Shown: positions 38,490 through 48,257 of the stretch, piece by piece
Layout of the letters: each line of letters opens with the position of its first letter
Numbering within the stretch: the stretch's first letter is position 1
The notes under the pieces: generated by a model
Told to the model about the DNA's origin: nothing
Databases searched by the model: none
The model's input: only the letters and a program-made list of their open reading frames with translations
Translations under genes and position numbers: made by a program
Source of the DNA: Elusimicrobiota bacterium
Lineage (GTDB): Bacteria; Elusimicrobiota; Elusimicrobia; UBA1565
Direction: 5' to 3'
DNA length: 64,000 nucleotides
Assembly: GCA_043827405.1 (NCBI GenBank)
Contig: JBDRPD010000054.1
Span: 1-64,000 of the forward strand

Positions 38490-39095
38490 ATGAGAGATGC
38501 CATGAAGCGGGCGGCGCTGCCGTTCTGTCTCGCCGTAATTATGCCGCATGGCGCATCCGCCGCAGCGATGCAGGCGATGCGCGGCAACGCCCATGAGGCG
38601 ATTGCCGCCTTGCAGGTTGGGCTTAAGGACGGCGCATCGCTTGAAGACTCCTCCGGTGCCGGATTCAAGGCGCAGCAGGCGCTTTTGGGCCGCGGTTCGG
38701 GCGGCGTTTCCGTATGCGGCGCGGCCTGCGTCGCGGCGGCGGAGAAGGCATCCGCCGAGAACGTCCCGGCGCTGACGGCCGAAGAGTATGCTCCGGAGCA
38801 CCTGCGGCCGGCGACGGCTGTTCCGCCGCCGGCGGTCCAGCCTGAGAAGCCCTCGGGCGCCGTGACGACGCTCTTGCGCAAGGCCGCCGGCTTTGCCGGC
38901 AAGACCGTGGACCGGATCTCCAAGATGAACAAGGCGGGGAAGGTCGCTTTGCTTGTCGGCTTGCTGGTGGTGGAGGCGGCGGTTATTATCTGGCCGACCC
39001 CGGCCATCACCGTCGCGGTGACCGGGCTGGGCGTGCTCGGGCTCTTCGGCACCGTCCGCGAACTTATCGGCATGTTTCGCCGGGGGCGCCTGTGA
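38490..39095 (+). CDS. Exported hypothetical protein with C-terminal TM hairpin
   Basis: Signal-like N-terminus, GFKAQQ motif, two C-terminal hydrophobic helices. Confidence 0.65.
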   Translation: MRDAMKRAALPFCLAVIMPHGASAAAMQAMRGNAHEAIAALQVGLKDGASLEDSSGAGFKAQQALLGRGSGGVSVCGAACVAAAEKASAENVPALTAEEYAPEHLRPATAVPPPAVQPEKPSGAVTTLLRKAAGFAGKTVDRISKMNKAGKVALLVGLLVVEAAVIIWPTPAITVAVTGLGVLGLFGTVRELIGMFRRGRL

Positions 39096-39631
39096 GCCTG
39101 AAAACGGTTCTATTTTTTCTGTTCGCGGTCCGCTTCGGCTTGAGCAGCGCCGCGCAGGCCGCGGTGCCGAACTCGCTGCACCACGGGCTCGCGGCCAAGG
39201 AAGTCCTGAGCATCGAGGCGCTCGCTCCGGCCGGCACGGCCGAGGGGATGTACCATTCGGGCTTTAAGGCGCAGCAGATCATGCAGGGCCTGCAGACCGG
39301 CGACCGGCCGGCGGTCCGTGCCGAGAGGGCGGCTGAGAGCGAGCAGGGCGTCCCTCCGGCGGAGATCGCCCAGAAGGTCAAGGGTTTGAAAACCGGCGAC
39401 GTCCCGCTGCCGGGGCGGGCCGACGGCAAGCCGCCGGCGGAGAAGGGCAAGCTGGACAAGGTCCTCAAGTTCGTGCAGAAGTGGCTGCCCATCGCCATGC
39501 TGGTCTACGGCTCGGTCAATATGATCATCAATCCGATCGGTGCCGCCTCCGGCGCGCTGCGGATGGCGGCGGTGATCGCCGCCGTCGGCACCGCCATGCT
39601 GCTCTATAAAACGATAAAGAAGAAGGGGTAG
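39092..39631 (+). CDS. Exported hypothetical protein with C-terminal TM hairpin (related to the upstream gene)
   Basis: Signal peptide, GFKAQQ motif, two C-terminal hydrophobic helices. Confidence 0.65.
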   Translation: MSLKTVLFFLFAVRFGLSSAAQAAVPNSLHHGLAAKEVLSIEALAPAGTAEGMYHSGFKAQQIMQGLQTGDRPAVRAERAAESEQGVPPAEIAQKVKGLKTGDVPLPGRADGKPPAEKGKLDKVLKFVQKWLPIAMLVYGSVNMIINPIGAASGALRMAAVIAAVGTAMLLYKTIKKKG

Positions 39632-39636
39632 TCGGG

Positions 39637-40587
39637 ATGGGAAATCGCGATCTGCATGTACATCTGGCGATCTGGGCCGTCGCGCTGGCGTTCTTGACGC
39701 GGCTGGCCGCCGCCGAGACGCCGAGCTTCGACCAGGGCGTGGACGCCGCCGCCGTTATTGAACAAGCGAAGCTCGAGGTCCGGTCGGGACACCGCCGCGG
39801 CGCTCCGGGGCTGGGCTACGGGCGCCCGGTCAGCACCGGCTGGGAGACCGACTGCCGCGTCATTTCCTTCCGTCCTCAGGACGCGCTGGTCGTGGATAAT
39901 ATCCTGCTCGAAAGCGTTCGTTATGAGGAAGTCTGCCGCCGCGGTCCTGACGGCCGTCGGCGTTGCCGCCGGGAGCGGACCGGCAGCGAGCGCCGCCGGG
40001 TGCGCTTTGAGATCAGCGGCCGCGGCGCGATGCTGCCGTGGGAGAAGGATATCTTCCGCGTCTGCCTCGACGGCTACCACTTATGGGCGCGGACGATCGA
40101 GGCCTCTTACGCCTACGAGATGCGGGCCGGCTGGGAGAATAAGGTCGTCGCGGTGGCGGGCGGCAAAGTTCCCACTGAGCCGGATCCCGACGGGCTCTAT
40201 CCGGGCGGCTTCCAGCTTGATCTGGAGAAGGAGAATTTCGAACTCTTCCTCAAAGATCGCTGGGCCCAGCACTATACCGGCGACGAGGTCGTGCTGCGGC
40301 TGGAGCTCAAGGAGCATGTCCCGCTGTGGATTGATCAGACCGTCATTAAGAAGAGTATCGCGCTGCCCGCAGCCGATATGTACACGATCCGCTTCGCGGA
40401 TTTCGCGGCCGAATTCGCGCGCGAGCTCCAACCGGGCAGGCAGTATTACGTGAAATGGGGCTTCCAGCGCATGGGCCACGTATCCCGGCCGACCTGGCAG
40501 GGGGACTGGAAGACGGCGAGGGTCAAGCATGCGCGCAAGCCCGCGCAGGAATCGGGGGCGCTTAGCTCCGGCTTCTTTCGCCGCTAG
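39637..40587 (+). CDS. Secreted hypothetical protein (paralog of 33541-34539)
   Basis: Signal peptide, FDQGVD, MLPWEKDIFRVCL, LKDRW, YYVKW. Confidence 0.8.
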   Translation: MGNRDLHVHLAIWAVALAFLTRLAAAETPSFDQGVDAAAVIEQAKLEVRSGHRRGAPGLGYGRPVSTGWETDCRVISFRPQDALVVDNILLESVRYEEVCRRGPDGRRRCRRERTGSERRRVRFEISGRGAMLPWEKDIFRVCLDGYHLWARTIEASYAYEMRAGWENKVVAVAGGKVPTEPDPDGLYPGGFQLDLEKENFELFLKDRWAQHYTGDEVVLRLELKEHVPLWIDQTVIKKSIALPAADMYTIRFADFAAEFARELQPGRQYYVKWGFQRMGHVSRPTWQGDWKTARVKHARKPAQESGALSSGFFRR

Positions 40588-40612
40588 ATTTACCCAACCA
40601 CCACCACCTAAC

Positions 40613-40646
40613 AAGCGCACCCCTTTATGGGGTGCGCTTTGTTTTT
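40613..40646 (+). terminator. Intrinsic terminator
   Basis: AAGCGCACCCC-TTTAT-GGGGTGCGCTT followed by TGTTTTT. Confidence 0.8.
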
Positions 40647-40748
40647 AACGACCCGGTCTTTGGTCCTATAAATGAACGGGCCATATTTTTCCGTTTAGCG
40701 TGCTTTTTGGCCCAACCGCTTCCGCGGTATTCCGGCTAAGCTGAAGGT

Positions 40749-42803
40749 ATGAGACGCCTAATAGCTTCCACGCTCGCCGCCGCCGTAATTCTCGCCGCCC
40801 CGGGGCCGGCCGCCCATGCGGTCGTCGCCAAGGCCGTTGTTTCGGCTAACGCCGTATCCGGGGTGGGACAGGTCGGAGCCGGGGGTGCGGCGGTTGGGCT
40901 TAATGGCAAGGCCGGTCTTGATCTGACGCAAATCGGGACGTCATTTTCCTTAAAGAGTACCTTGCCCACCGCCTCGTTCAAGGGGCTGAACGTTCTAAAG
41001 ACCGCTGAGGGGGGGATTTCGGCCGTCAAGTCCGTCGGCATCGTGGCGCATGATTCTGTAGAGACTTCGGTTTCCCCCAGCGCTTCCGTATCCGTTGTCG
41101 CTCCCAAGCAGGATGCTGCCAAGAAGACCGCCATGGGCCGCCTTTCGGCCGCCGTCTCCGGCATACCGCACCTCCTGGGGCTCAAGGGTTCTTCACTCAA
41201 GGCCGCGTCCGGACAAACTTTCGATAATGCCGGCCGGCATTCCGGGACGGCCGTCGCCGCGTCCGCCGACAGTATCGGGCATGCCCGCTCGGGGCTTAAA
41301 GCCGCCGGCAAGTCTAATGTCGCCGCGGATGTTCCCGGCGTGGAAGATGTCGCCGGACGGGCGGAGACGCCCGCCCCGAAGCAGAAGGTTTGGCGCGCCA
41401 TCCGCATCGGGGCGCTGACGGCCATTATTATGCTCGCTGCGGACACCATTATCATGGGGGTCGCCACGCATTTCGGCTACGTCTTCCATCCGAGCTACGA
41501 GATGCCGGCGCTGACCGATCCCGCGGCCTTCGCTGCCCTGGGAGATACGGCGGCGATGATTCTGTCCAAGGTGCAGGAAGTTTTCATGGGGGCGTTCGTC
41601 GCACCGTTTAACGAAGAGGTATATTTCCGCGCCGGCGTCATGGGGCTGGCCGCCCTCGGCGCCACGAGGACGCTCAACGGAGCCGTCAAACTGCTGACCA
41701 AGATCAAACCGAGCCTCGCCAAGCTCCGGGCGTGGATCACTCCGGCGGCGTTCGGCATCGCCGCTACCGAAGCGGCGCTGTTTTTCGCCTTCCTGCATGA
41801 GATGTCGGATCCGATCCTTATCACCATTCGCATTATCCAGGCACTGCTGATGTCTTATCTGTACGTGCGCGAGGGTTTGGTCTCAGGCATGGTGCACCAC
41901 GGGGTGTTCAACGGCCTGGCGATCCTGACGCTGCCCTTTATCTACGCCACAGTCGGCGGGACGACGACGATCTTGACCGGCCCGGCGCTGCTGATCGGAG
42001 CGCTGCTGGCCGCCGCCGCCTATTTGATCTGGAAGTTCACGCGCAAGACGGCGCGCGCGGAAGCGCGCGAGCTGCGCGCCGGGACCCTCGCTCCTTACCG
42101 TCTGAGCGCGCGCAGCAGCACCTGGCTCGGCCGCGTCGGCTGGGGAGCGGTCGCGCTTCTTGCCGGGCTGGCGATGATCCAGCCGGCCGCCGCGGGCATG
42201 GTGATGCTGGGCTCGATGGCGGCGCAGATGGCGCCGGCGGCGCTGGCGCTCACCGCTTACGGCTTCCTGATGAAGAATCTGGAGCGGCGTCAAGGCGCCG
42301 CGGCGGTCGACGCAATCCGCAACCCGCAGGCCTGGTTCCCCATGGGCAACCGCGTTGGCGCCTGGGTCGGCGGAGCCTTCGGTGCGATATATCTCGGCGT
42401 CATCGCCGCATCGTTCCTGCTGCAGGGTGTGATGGCGGCTCTCGCCGGCGCCTCGCTGACGACGATCACCGTCGTCGCCGCCGCGATTCCGGGGGCGATC
42501 TTGGCGGGGATCCTCGCCTACCGCTGGTTCGCCCGCAAGCGCGGGATCTCTCCCTGGGTCTATCTTGCCCAGTACTTCTTTGCGACCATGGCGGCGATGA
42601 TGGCCGCCATGCCCTGGCTGGCCCCGATGCTGATGAAGGTGCAGGAAACGATCGCCGCTTCCGGCATCAACGGGACCATGATCATGCCCGCCGTCGCCTC
42701 GCTCGCCTGGATGATGCCGCTGTTCGTCATTCTCGCCGCCGGGATGACCTGGATCGCGCGCCGCATCATGCGCAGCGGCGTCCCGTCGAAGCCGGCTGAG
42801 TAG
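40749..42803 (+). CDS. CPBP/Abi (CAAX) intramembrane glutamic metalloprotease with long N-terminal leader
   Basis: APFNEEVYFR (EExxxR), FAFLH (FxxxH), HHGVFN (HxxxN), many TM helices. Confidence 0.82.
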   Translation: MRRLIASTLAAAVILAAPGPAAHAVVAKAVVSANAVSGVGQVGAGGAAVGLNGKAGLDLTQIGTSFSLKSTLPTASFKGLNVLKTAEGGISAVKSVGIVAHDSVETSVSPSASVSVVAPKQDAAKKTAMGRLSAAVSGIPHLLGLKGSSLKAASGQTFDNAGRHSGTAVAASADSIGHARSGLKAAGKSNVAADVPGVEDVAGRAETPAPKQKVWRAIRIGALTAIIMLAADTIIMGVATHFGYVFHPSYEMPALTDPAAFAALGDTAAMILSKVQEVFMGAFVAPFNEEVYFRAGVMGLAALGATRTLNGAVKLLTKIKPSLAKLRAWITPAAFGIAATEAALFFAFLHEMSDPILITIRIIQALLMSYLYVREGLVSGMVHHGVFNGLAILTLPFIYATVGGTTTILTGPALLIGALLAAAAYLIWKFTRKTARAEARELRAGTLAPYRLSARSSTWLGRVGWGAVALLAGLAMIQPAAAGMVMLGSMAAQMAPAALALTAYGFLMKNLERRQGAAAVDAIRNPQAWFPMGNRVGAWVGGAFGAIYLGVIAASFLLQGVMAALAGASLTTITVVAAAIPGAILAGILAYRWFARKRGISPWVYLAQYFFATMAAMMAAMPWLAPMLMKVQETIAASGINGTMIMPAVASLAWMMPLFVILAAGMTWIARRIMRSGVPSKPAE

Positions 42804-42884
42804 GCCGCTGCGTTCTGGACGTCCTGTTGAGCCGGAACGATGAGGGAAGCGGCTAGCGGAATTCCAAGAAAGGGAGAGGCGCGG

Positions 42885-43868
42885 CTACTTATGCCAAAAC
42901 CAAGTCTCGTAGACGAAGGCGCCTTCCGCCTGCAGCTTCTTCTTCACCTCGACGACATCGGTCTTCGCCGGCGGCTTGATCTTCCGGCTGTCCAGTTTCT
43001 TGCGCACTCCGGCCACGCCCATCTTCTTGAAGCCGATGGCGGAGTCGAGATCCTTGCGCGCCAGGCTGACCGCGCGCTCGCCCTCGAACTCCGCGATCTT
43101 ATTGGGCGCGGCTAGGATATAGAAGTATTCCTTGCCGGTGGTGTCGTCGAGAAACAGGACCTCCTCGTTGCTGGGGACCCATAGCGCGGTCCCCGCCGCC
43201 ACGGGGTTGGCGGCGGTGTTGAAATCCGCGTTGGGAAAGAGCCGGTAGGACTTATTGAGCGCATCCACCTGATAGATGTAAATGAAGCTGGTATCGCTGG
43301 GCTTTAAATAGACGGCGTAACCGTCGCCGGACTTTAGGACGCTGCCGTCGCTCAGCGCCTGCATCTTCTTGTCGGCGTCCTCATAGTAGAAGCCGATATC
43401 CACGGACAGTTTAATGTTCTTCTCGGCGGATATCCTTTCGTATTCCTCCTTGGGAATCTTCAGCAGCACCGACGCCTGGTAGCGGTTCTTTTTCCGCCGC
43501 ACGTACCAATTTTCTGCGATGGCGCCTTTTACGACGGCTTTGATCCGTATCTGGCTGCTGCTCTCGATATCGGTCTTCTCGCTGACCTTGCCCTCGGCAC
43601 TGGAGTAAGCCTCGTAGATTCTGTTGAGCGAATCGATGTCCGTTTTGCAGTAACGGACGAATTCCCGCGTCGCCTCGGCCATCGCCTCATCGCGGGCTGC
43701 CCGCTCGTCCTGTTGCGGGCGGGAATGACCCACGGAATAGATATGCTCCTTGTCCGGGATGATCGTCTTTTCGAGCCAGTCCGGTTCCGCCGCCTGCGCC
43801 GGCGACCACGCCGCAAGCATGGCGGGCAGGAGAAGGATCGATACGCAGCGTAAAATTTTAGAACCCAT
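42885..43868 (-). CDS. Exported protein with LPP20-like N-terminal and DUF4384-like C-terminal domains
   Basis: Signal peptide, PDWL...YSVGHS...ARDEAM, LKSGDGY...YIYQVDA...RLFPN...LDDTTGKEYFYILA. Confidence 0.7.
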   Translation of the reverse strand: MGSKILRCVSILLLPAMLAAWSPAQAAEPDWLEKTIIPDKEHIYSVGHSRPQQDERAARDEAMAEATREFVRYCKTDIDSLNRIYEAYSSAEGKVSEKTDIESSSQIRIKAVVKGAIAENWYVRRKKNRYQASVLLKIPKEEYERISAEKNIKLSVDIGFYYEDADKKMQALSDGSVLKSGDGYAVYLKPSDTSFIYIYQVDALNKSYRLFPNADFNTAANPVAAGTALWVPSNEEVLFLDDTTGKEYFYILAAPNKIAEFEGERAVSLARKDLDSAIGFKKMGVAGVRKKLDSRKIKPPAKTDVVEVKKKLQAEGAFVYETWFWHK

Positions 43869-43893
43869 TTCAGCCTTCCTCAATACGCGAGAT

Positions 43894-46800
43894 TCAGCGC
43901 CCCATTAACACGAATGCCGACCAATAAAACGGATGCTCGTAGCCGTCGCGCCGGATGGCGCTGCGCGCCAGGCGCAGCGCCTCGGCAGGCTCCTTGCCGT
44001 CCTTCAGCCGTGCGAAAAACTCCCCGGCCAAGGCCACTGTCGCGTCCTCCGACACCGACCATAGGCTGATGAGGACATTGGCGGCCCCGGCGTACTGGAA
44101 CGCCCGCCCCATTCCCATCACCCCTTCGCCCGACACGTTCTTTCCCATTCCGGTATCGCATGCCGTCAGCGCGGTCAGTTCCGCGCGCATCTTGAGCCCC
44201 ATCACCGAGCCCATGGTGAGGAAGCCGTCGACTCCTTCGGCGTTGCCCACTTGATTGAGAACCAGCGCCGGCTGGCGCACATACGGCACGGCCCCGTCCA
44301 ATATGCCGTGGGTACCGAAGACAATGTAACGGTAGCTCTCCAGCGGCATCTTAAGCACGGCGTCTTCCCGTGCCTCCTCGCCCGCGATCACGGCGGCCTC
44401 GTCTCCGAACAGCTCCTTGAGTCGACGCCCGATCTCGGCGGTCTTTTCCAGTCGAGGGAACATCGCGTCGACGGCGTCGCCAGGCGCCGCGGCGCGCTGT
44501 GCGCCCCGGCGCCGAGTCCCGCCGACGCCCATCTTCTTCCACTGCGCGATCGCGTTCAGCTGTTGTTTCGCGACGGCGCTCGGCGTGCGCTGCGCGAGAG
44601 CCGCGGCACGGCTATCGGCGGGAGAGAAAACCGGATCAACTACCGCGAGCGCGGCATGGGACTGCGCCCAGCCCTTATTGAGCGTGCGCAGCAGGCTCAG
44701 CGAGGTGGCAGACTGAGCGTAGCTCACGGCAAAACGGTCGCCGAGATACTTCACCCCGATGGGGAAGGGGCCGTGCTTCCCTTCGCCGATCTTTTCGACT
44801 TTGGGAAGCGAGATCGGCAGCGACTCGAAAGGAAGGACGCTAAGCGCCTCATCCGGCACGATGATCAGCCGCGCTCCGGCGGGCAGCTTTTGCAGCTCGT
44901 CCGCAAACAGCAGATCGTGAAGTTTTTTGCCGGCCGCGGCGTCGTATTTCGCCAGATCCATTGCCGAACCCGCTTCCACGAAGGCTTGGCGATATTGGTC
45001 GACCGCCTGCGCTAGCTGCCGGCGCGAAACCTTAATCCGGCGCACCTGCAAAGACTTGTCCTTGCCGCTGAGGATGAAAAGCAGCGTTTCAGTCTCCGTC
45101 ACCTCGAACTCCGCCAGCGTCTCGTCGGCCGCCAGCGCGACATCCGCTATCGCGACGGGTTCTGGATATTTGACGGCAGCGTATTCCGGATGATCGGCGC
45201 GCAGCTGCTCGATGAGTTTGGCGCGCGACCGCATCAAGCCCTGCAGCTCTCGCTCAAGCTCCTGGTATCGGTCGGTTTCCTTCTTCTCATATGCCGCGTC
45301 CATTTGCGTGTAGACGAACGCGAGCTTGTTCTCCAATTCCACCTCCCGCTTGCCGACGGCGGGCGGGATGCTGGGCGCAGCCTCGCCGTGCCGGCTGGAG
45401 ATCGACTCCGCCAGCAGCCGCCCGCGGGTGAACTCGGCGTAGTAGAATGCGCCCCTGTTCTCTGCCGATGTGCGCGGTGCCGTGCGGACCAGTCCTTCAT
45501 AGGCTTCCAGGCGGCGGAAACCCAGATCGCTGGCGCCGAAAAAACCCGCGCGCTGCGGCCCGGTCAGCGTCGAGCGCATTCGCTCGATCAGCTCGCTCGC
45601 CTTAAGAAAATATTTGAATGCTGAGGCTCGATCATCGAGCCCTTCAAAGGCCAGCCCTAAACCCGTATAGTTGGCGAACAGCTCGACGCTTCTCCGGCGG
45701 GTTTCGGTAGTGGCAAGCGTCTCCATGAAGCTCTTTTTCGCCTGGGCAAAATCCTCCTTCGCTAGGTAGTAGCGCCCCAAACGCAGCGGCGACTGCGCGC
45801 GGGAGTAGATCGCGAAGGCTTCCTCCAGCTCTCCGCGCGCGAAATGTACGTCGCCGACCATTAGCTCCGCGTGCCAGGTGGGCGCGTCGCTCTCTTTCTG
45901 CAGCGCTATCATTTTATTGTAGTGCTCCAAAGCCTGCGCGTATTCGCCCGTATCCAAGAGGATGTTCCCAAGATTGCCAAGCGCCATGGCCTGACTGTCC
46001 TTATCGCCTATTTCCCGTGCGATTTGCAGCGCCTGCCGTTGCTGCTTTAAGGCCGCGGGATAGTCGCCGATTTTGTGATAGACGTTTCCCATGTTGATAT
46101 GGACGGCTGCGACGCTGCGTTTATCACCCCGGTCGCTGTGGATCTCGAGCGCCTGCCGGAGATGCTGCAACGCCTTGGGAACGTTGCCGATGCTGACATA
46201 GGTGGTTCCGATATTGCTGAGGACCGCCCCTTTACCTTTTTTGTCGTTCATTTCGTTGTGAATGGCCAGTGCCTTCTGATACTGCTCCAGCGCAAAAGGA
46301 TACTCGCCCATCGCCGATAGAACGTTCCCCATATTCATAAGCGCTATGCCCTGGCCGTGCTTATCGCCAAGGTCGCGCGCGATCCACATTGCCCGCATAT
46401 GGTGGTCGAAGGCCTTCCGATATTGACCTAGTTGACGATAAACGAGTCCAAGGTTGTCTAGAGAAACTCCTTCAGCCTCCTTATCCTTCGTCTTCTGCGC
46501 GATCTCCAGCGCTTGCTTGCCGTTCTCCAGCGCCTGCTGATTGTCTCCCATGCGCTGCCGGACAAGCCCGATATTGTTGAGCGCGACGCCCTCGCCTTCC
46601 TTATCGCCCAGGGCGCGATGGCTTTCCAGCGCCTGGCGGTGATATTTGAGCGCTTGATCGAACTCGCTGCGGTCATTATGGACATTCCCTAAGTCGGTGA
46701 GAGCGGCTGCCTCCCCCTTTTTGTCGCCCTGGCCGCGGTGAATCTCCAGCGCTTGCCGGTAGAGTCCCAGTGCCGCGGGATAATCGCCGAGACGCTTTTG

Positions 46801-47265
46801 TGCGTAGCCGGCGGCACGAAGGCTATTCGCTTCTTTTTTCTTCTTACCGAGCTCGTGGTAAATTTGTGCCGCCTGTTTGCGGGACTCAAGCATCTTGGGG
46901 AAATCGGATTGACGCTTATAGATGGCCGCGCAGTTTTCGAGAGCGACCGCTTCGGTGCCCTTGTCGCCGCGGTCGCGCGCATTTTCCAGCGCCTGATAGT
47001 GGCTTTTCAGCGCTCGGGGATAGTCGCCCATGTCCTGATAGGCGACGCCGATGGCGCCGAGAAAAAAGCCCATGGCCTGGAGGTCCTGTTTGTCTTTGGC
47101 TTTCTGCAGGCCGGTCTCCCAGAGCTCAAGGGCGCCCTTGACGTCAGAAGCTTTGTGTCTCGCCTGACCCCGCAGATAAAGAGCCCTTAGGTCTTGACCA
47201 TACGCGGATACGGAAAGACCGACCGCGACAAGCAATAGCGCCGTCATGCGAAGTGATTTTATCAT
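43894..47265 (-). CDS. TPR-CHAT (caspase HetF-associated) protease with signal peptide
   Basis: About 11 GPSM/LGN-type TPRs, IVPDEALSVLPFE, FGTHG (His), LTACDTG (Cys), HPFYWSAF. Confidence 0.92.
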   Translation of the reverse strand: MIKSLRMTALLLVAVGLSVSAYGQDLRALYLRGQARHKASDVKGALELWETGLQKAKDKQDLQAMGFFLGAIGVAYQDMGDYPRALKSHYQALENARDRGDKGTEAVALENCAAIYKRQSDFPKMLESRKQAAQIYHELGKKKKEANSLRAAGYAQKRLGDYPAALGLYRQALEIHRGQGDKKGEAAALTDLGNVHNDRSEFDQALKYHRQALESHRALGDKEGEGVALNNIGLVRQRMGDNQQALENGKQALEIAQKTKDKEAEGVSLDNLGLVYRQLGQYRKAFDHHMRAMWIARDLGDKHGQGIALMNMGNVLSAMGEYPFALEQYQKALAIHNEMNDKKGKGAVLSNIGTTYVSIGNVPKALQHLRQALEIHSDRGDKRSVAAVHINMGNVYHKIGDYPAALKQQRQALQIAREIGDKDSQAMALGNLGNILLDTGEYAQALEHYNKMIALQKESDAPTWHAELMVGDVHFARGELEEAFAIYSRAQSPLRLGRYYLAKEDFAQAKKSFMETLATTETRRRSVELFANYTGLGLAFEGLDDRASAFKYFLKASELIERMRSTLTGPQRAGFFGASDLGFRRLEAYEGLVRTAPRTSAENRGAFYYAEFTRGRLLAESISSRHGEAAPSIPPAVGKREVELENKLAFVYTQMDAAYEKKETDRYQELERELQGLMRSRAKLIEQLRADHPEYAAVKYPEPVAIADVALAADETLAEFEVTETETLLFILSGKDKSLQVRRIKVSRRQLAQAVDQYRQAFVEAGSAMDLAKYDAAAGKKLHDLLFADELQKLPAGARLIIVPDEALSVLPFESLPISLPKVEKIGEGKHGPFPIGVKYLGDRFAVSYAQSATSLSLLRTLNKGWAQSHAALAVVDPVFSPADSRAAALAQRTPSAVAKQQLNAIAQWKKMGVGGTRRRGAQRAAAPGDAVDAMFPRLEKTAEIGRRLKELFGDEAAVIAGEEAREDAVLKMPLESYRYIVFGTHGILDGAVPYVRQPALVLNQVGNAEGVDGFLTMGSVMGLKMRAELTALTACDTGMGKNVSGEGVMGMGRAFQYAGAANVLISLWSVSEDATVALAGEFFARLKDGKEPAEALRLARSAIRRDGYEHPFYWSAFVLMGR

Positions 47266-47561
47266 AGGGTTCTTCCGCCCTCGGGGGCAACTCCAAATAC
47301 CAACCATATTGTACTGTACGCGATGTTATCTTAGAGCGCAATGACCTTCGGGTCCAACGGTCCGTCTGGGCAGGGGTCAAATGCGGAGCGCGTTATAGAC
47401 CGTCGCACCAGAACGAATAGCGCGGCCTGCGAAGTACAATTCTGCAACCGGCTGCGAGCCGGCCCGTAAGGGCGTCTATTACCGCCTTTGGAGCGCCGCC
47501 GCCAAGCAGCAATAGCGCGCCGCTGTTCGCCATTCGCCGGCAGGAATGGTAGGATAGTGTT

Positions 47562-48257
47562 ATGCCACTCATGCTCCCCGCTATCAAGGTCTACGATCTC
47601 ATCAAGAACGAAGCCAACGGCGCGATCTACGCCGTCAAAGAGATTAGATCCGACGGCTTGTTTCTCGTTAACGAGGTGGGCGCCGATGTGAAGTTCCGCT
47701 TCATCGGACAATTTGTCGCCTGCACCGAGGAGGAAGCCCGGAAGTCCGCCTATTTGGTCGACATTGCCCGCTCGCGGCTGATGCCGAAGAATACCGGCGC
47801 TAGGAAGCTCACCGGCAGGAAGGTCGGCATCGACGAGAGCAAGATTCGCGCGCAGTTCGAGCAGTACGAAGAGGGTCTCAAGCAGCAGAACACCTCCGAC
47901 CATGAGAACTTCATGGAGTTCTGGGCGAAGCTTATCAAGTTGGTCGGCGATTTCCCCGGGCGGTCATGGGGGATGCGCACTTCGGCCAAGTTCGGCCTCA
48001 ACCCTTGTCTTTACACCGCTAATGAGACCGGTAAGCGCACGGTATTGGCGCATCTGTGGGGAAGCGGTTCGATGGAGGAGGGGCTTCACATCCTTATGGT
48101 CGGCAAGTACATGAAAAGCGAGTTCAAGCCCTTGTTCCCCAAGTCGACGTTCTTCTACGGCAAGGGCCCGTCTGTGGACGTTCCGTATCCGGCCTTGAAG
48201 GAAGGCCAAGGCGAGGAATACCTGAACTGCTTCAAAGGGCTCTTGGGCTTGAGCTAA
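47562..48257 (+). CDS. Hypothetical protein
   Basis: 231-aa ORF with typical codon usage and no recognised motif. Confidence 0.7.
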   Translation: MPLMLPAIKVYDLIKNEANGAIYAVKEIRSDGLFLVNEVGADVKFRFIGQFVACTEEEARKSAYLVDIARSRLMPKNTGARKLTGRKVGIDESKIRAQFEQYEEGLKQQNTSDHENFMEFWAKLIKLVGDFPGRSWGMRTSAKFGLNPCLYTANETGKRTVLAHLWGSGSMEEGLHILMVGKYMKSEFKPLFPKSTFFYGKGPSVDVPYPALKEGQGEEYLNCFKGLLGLS

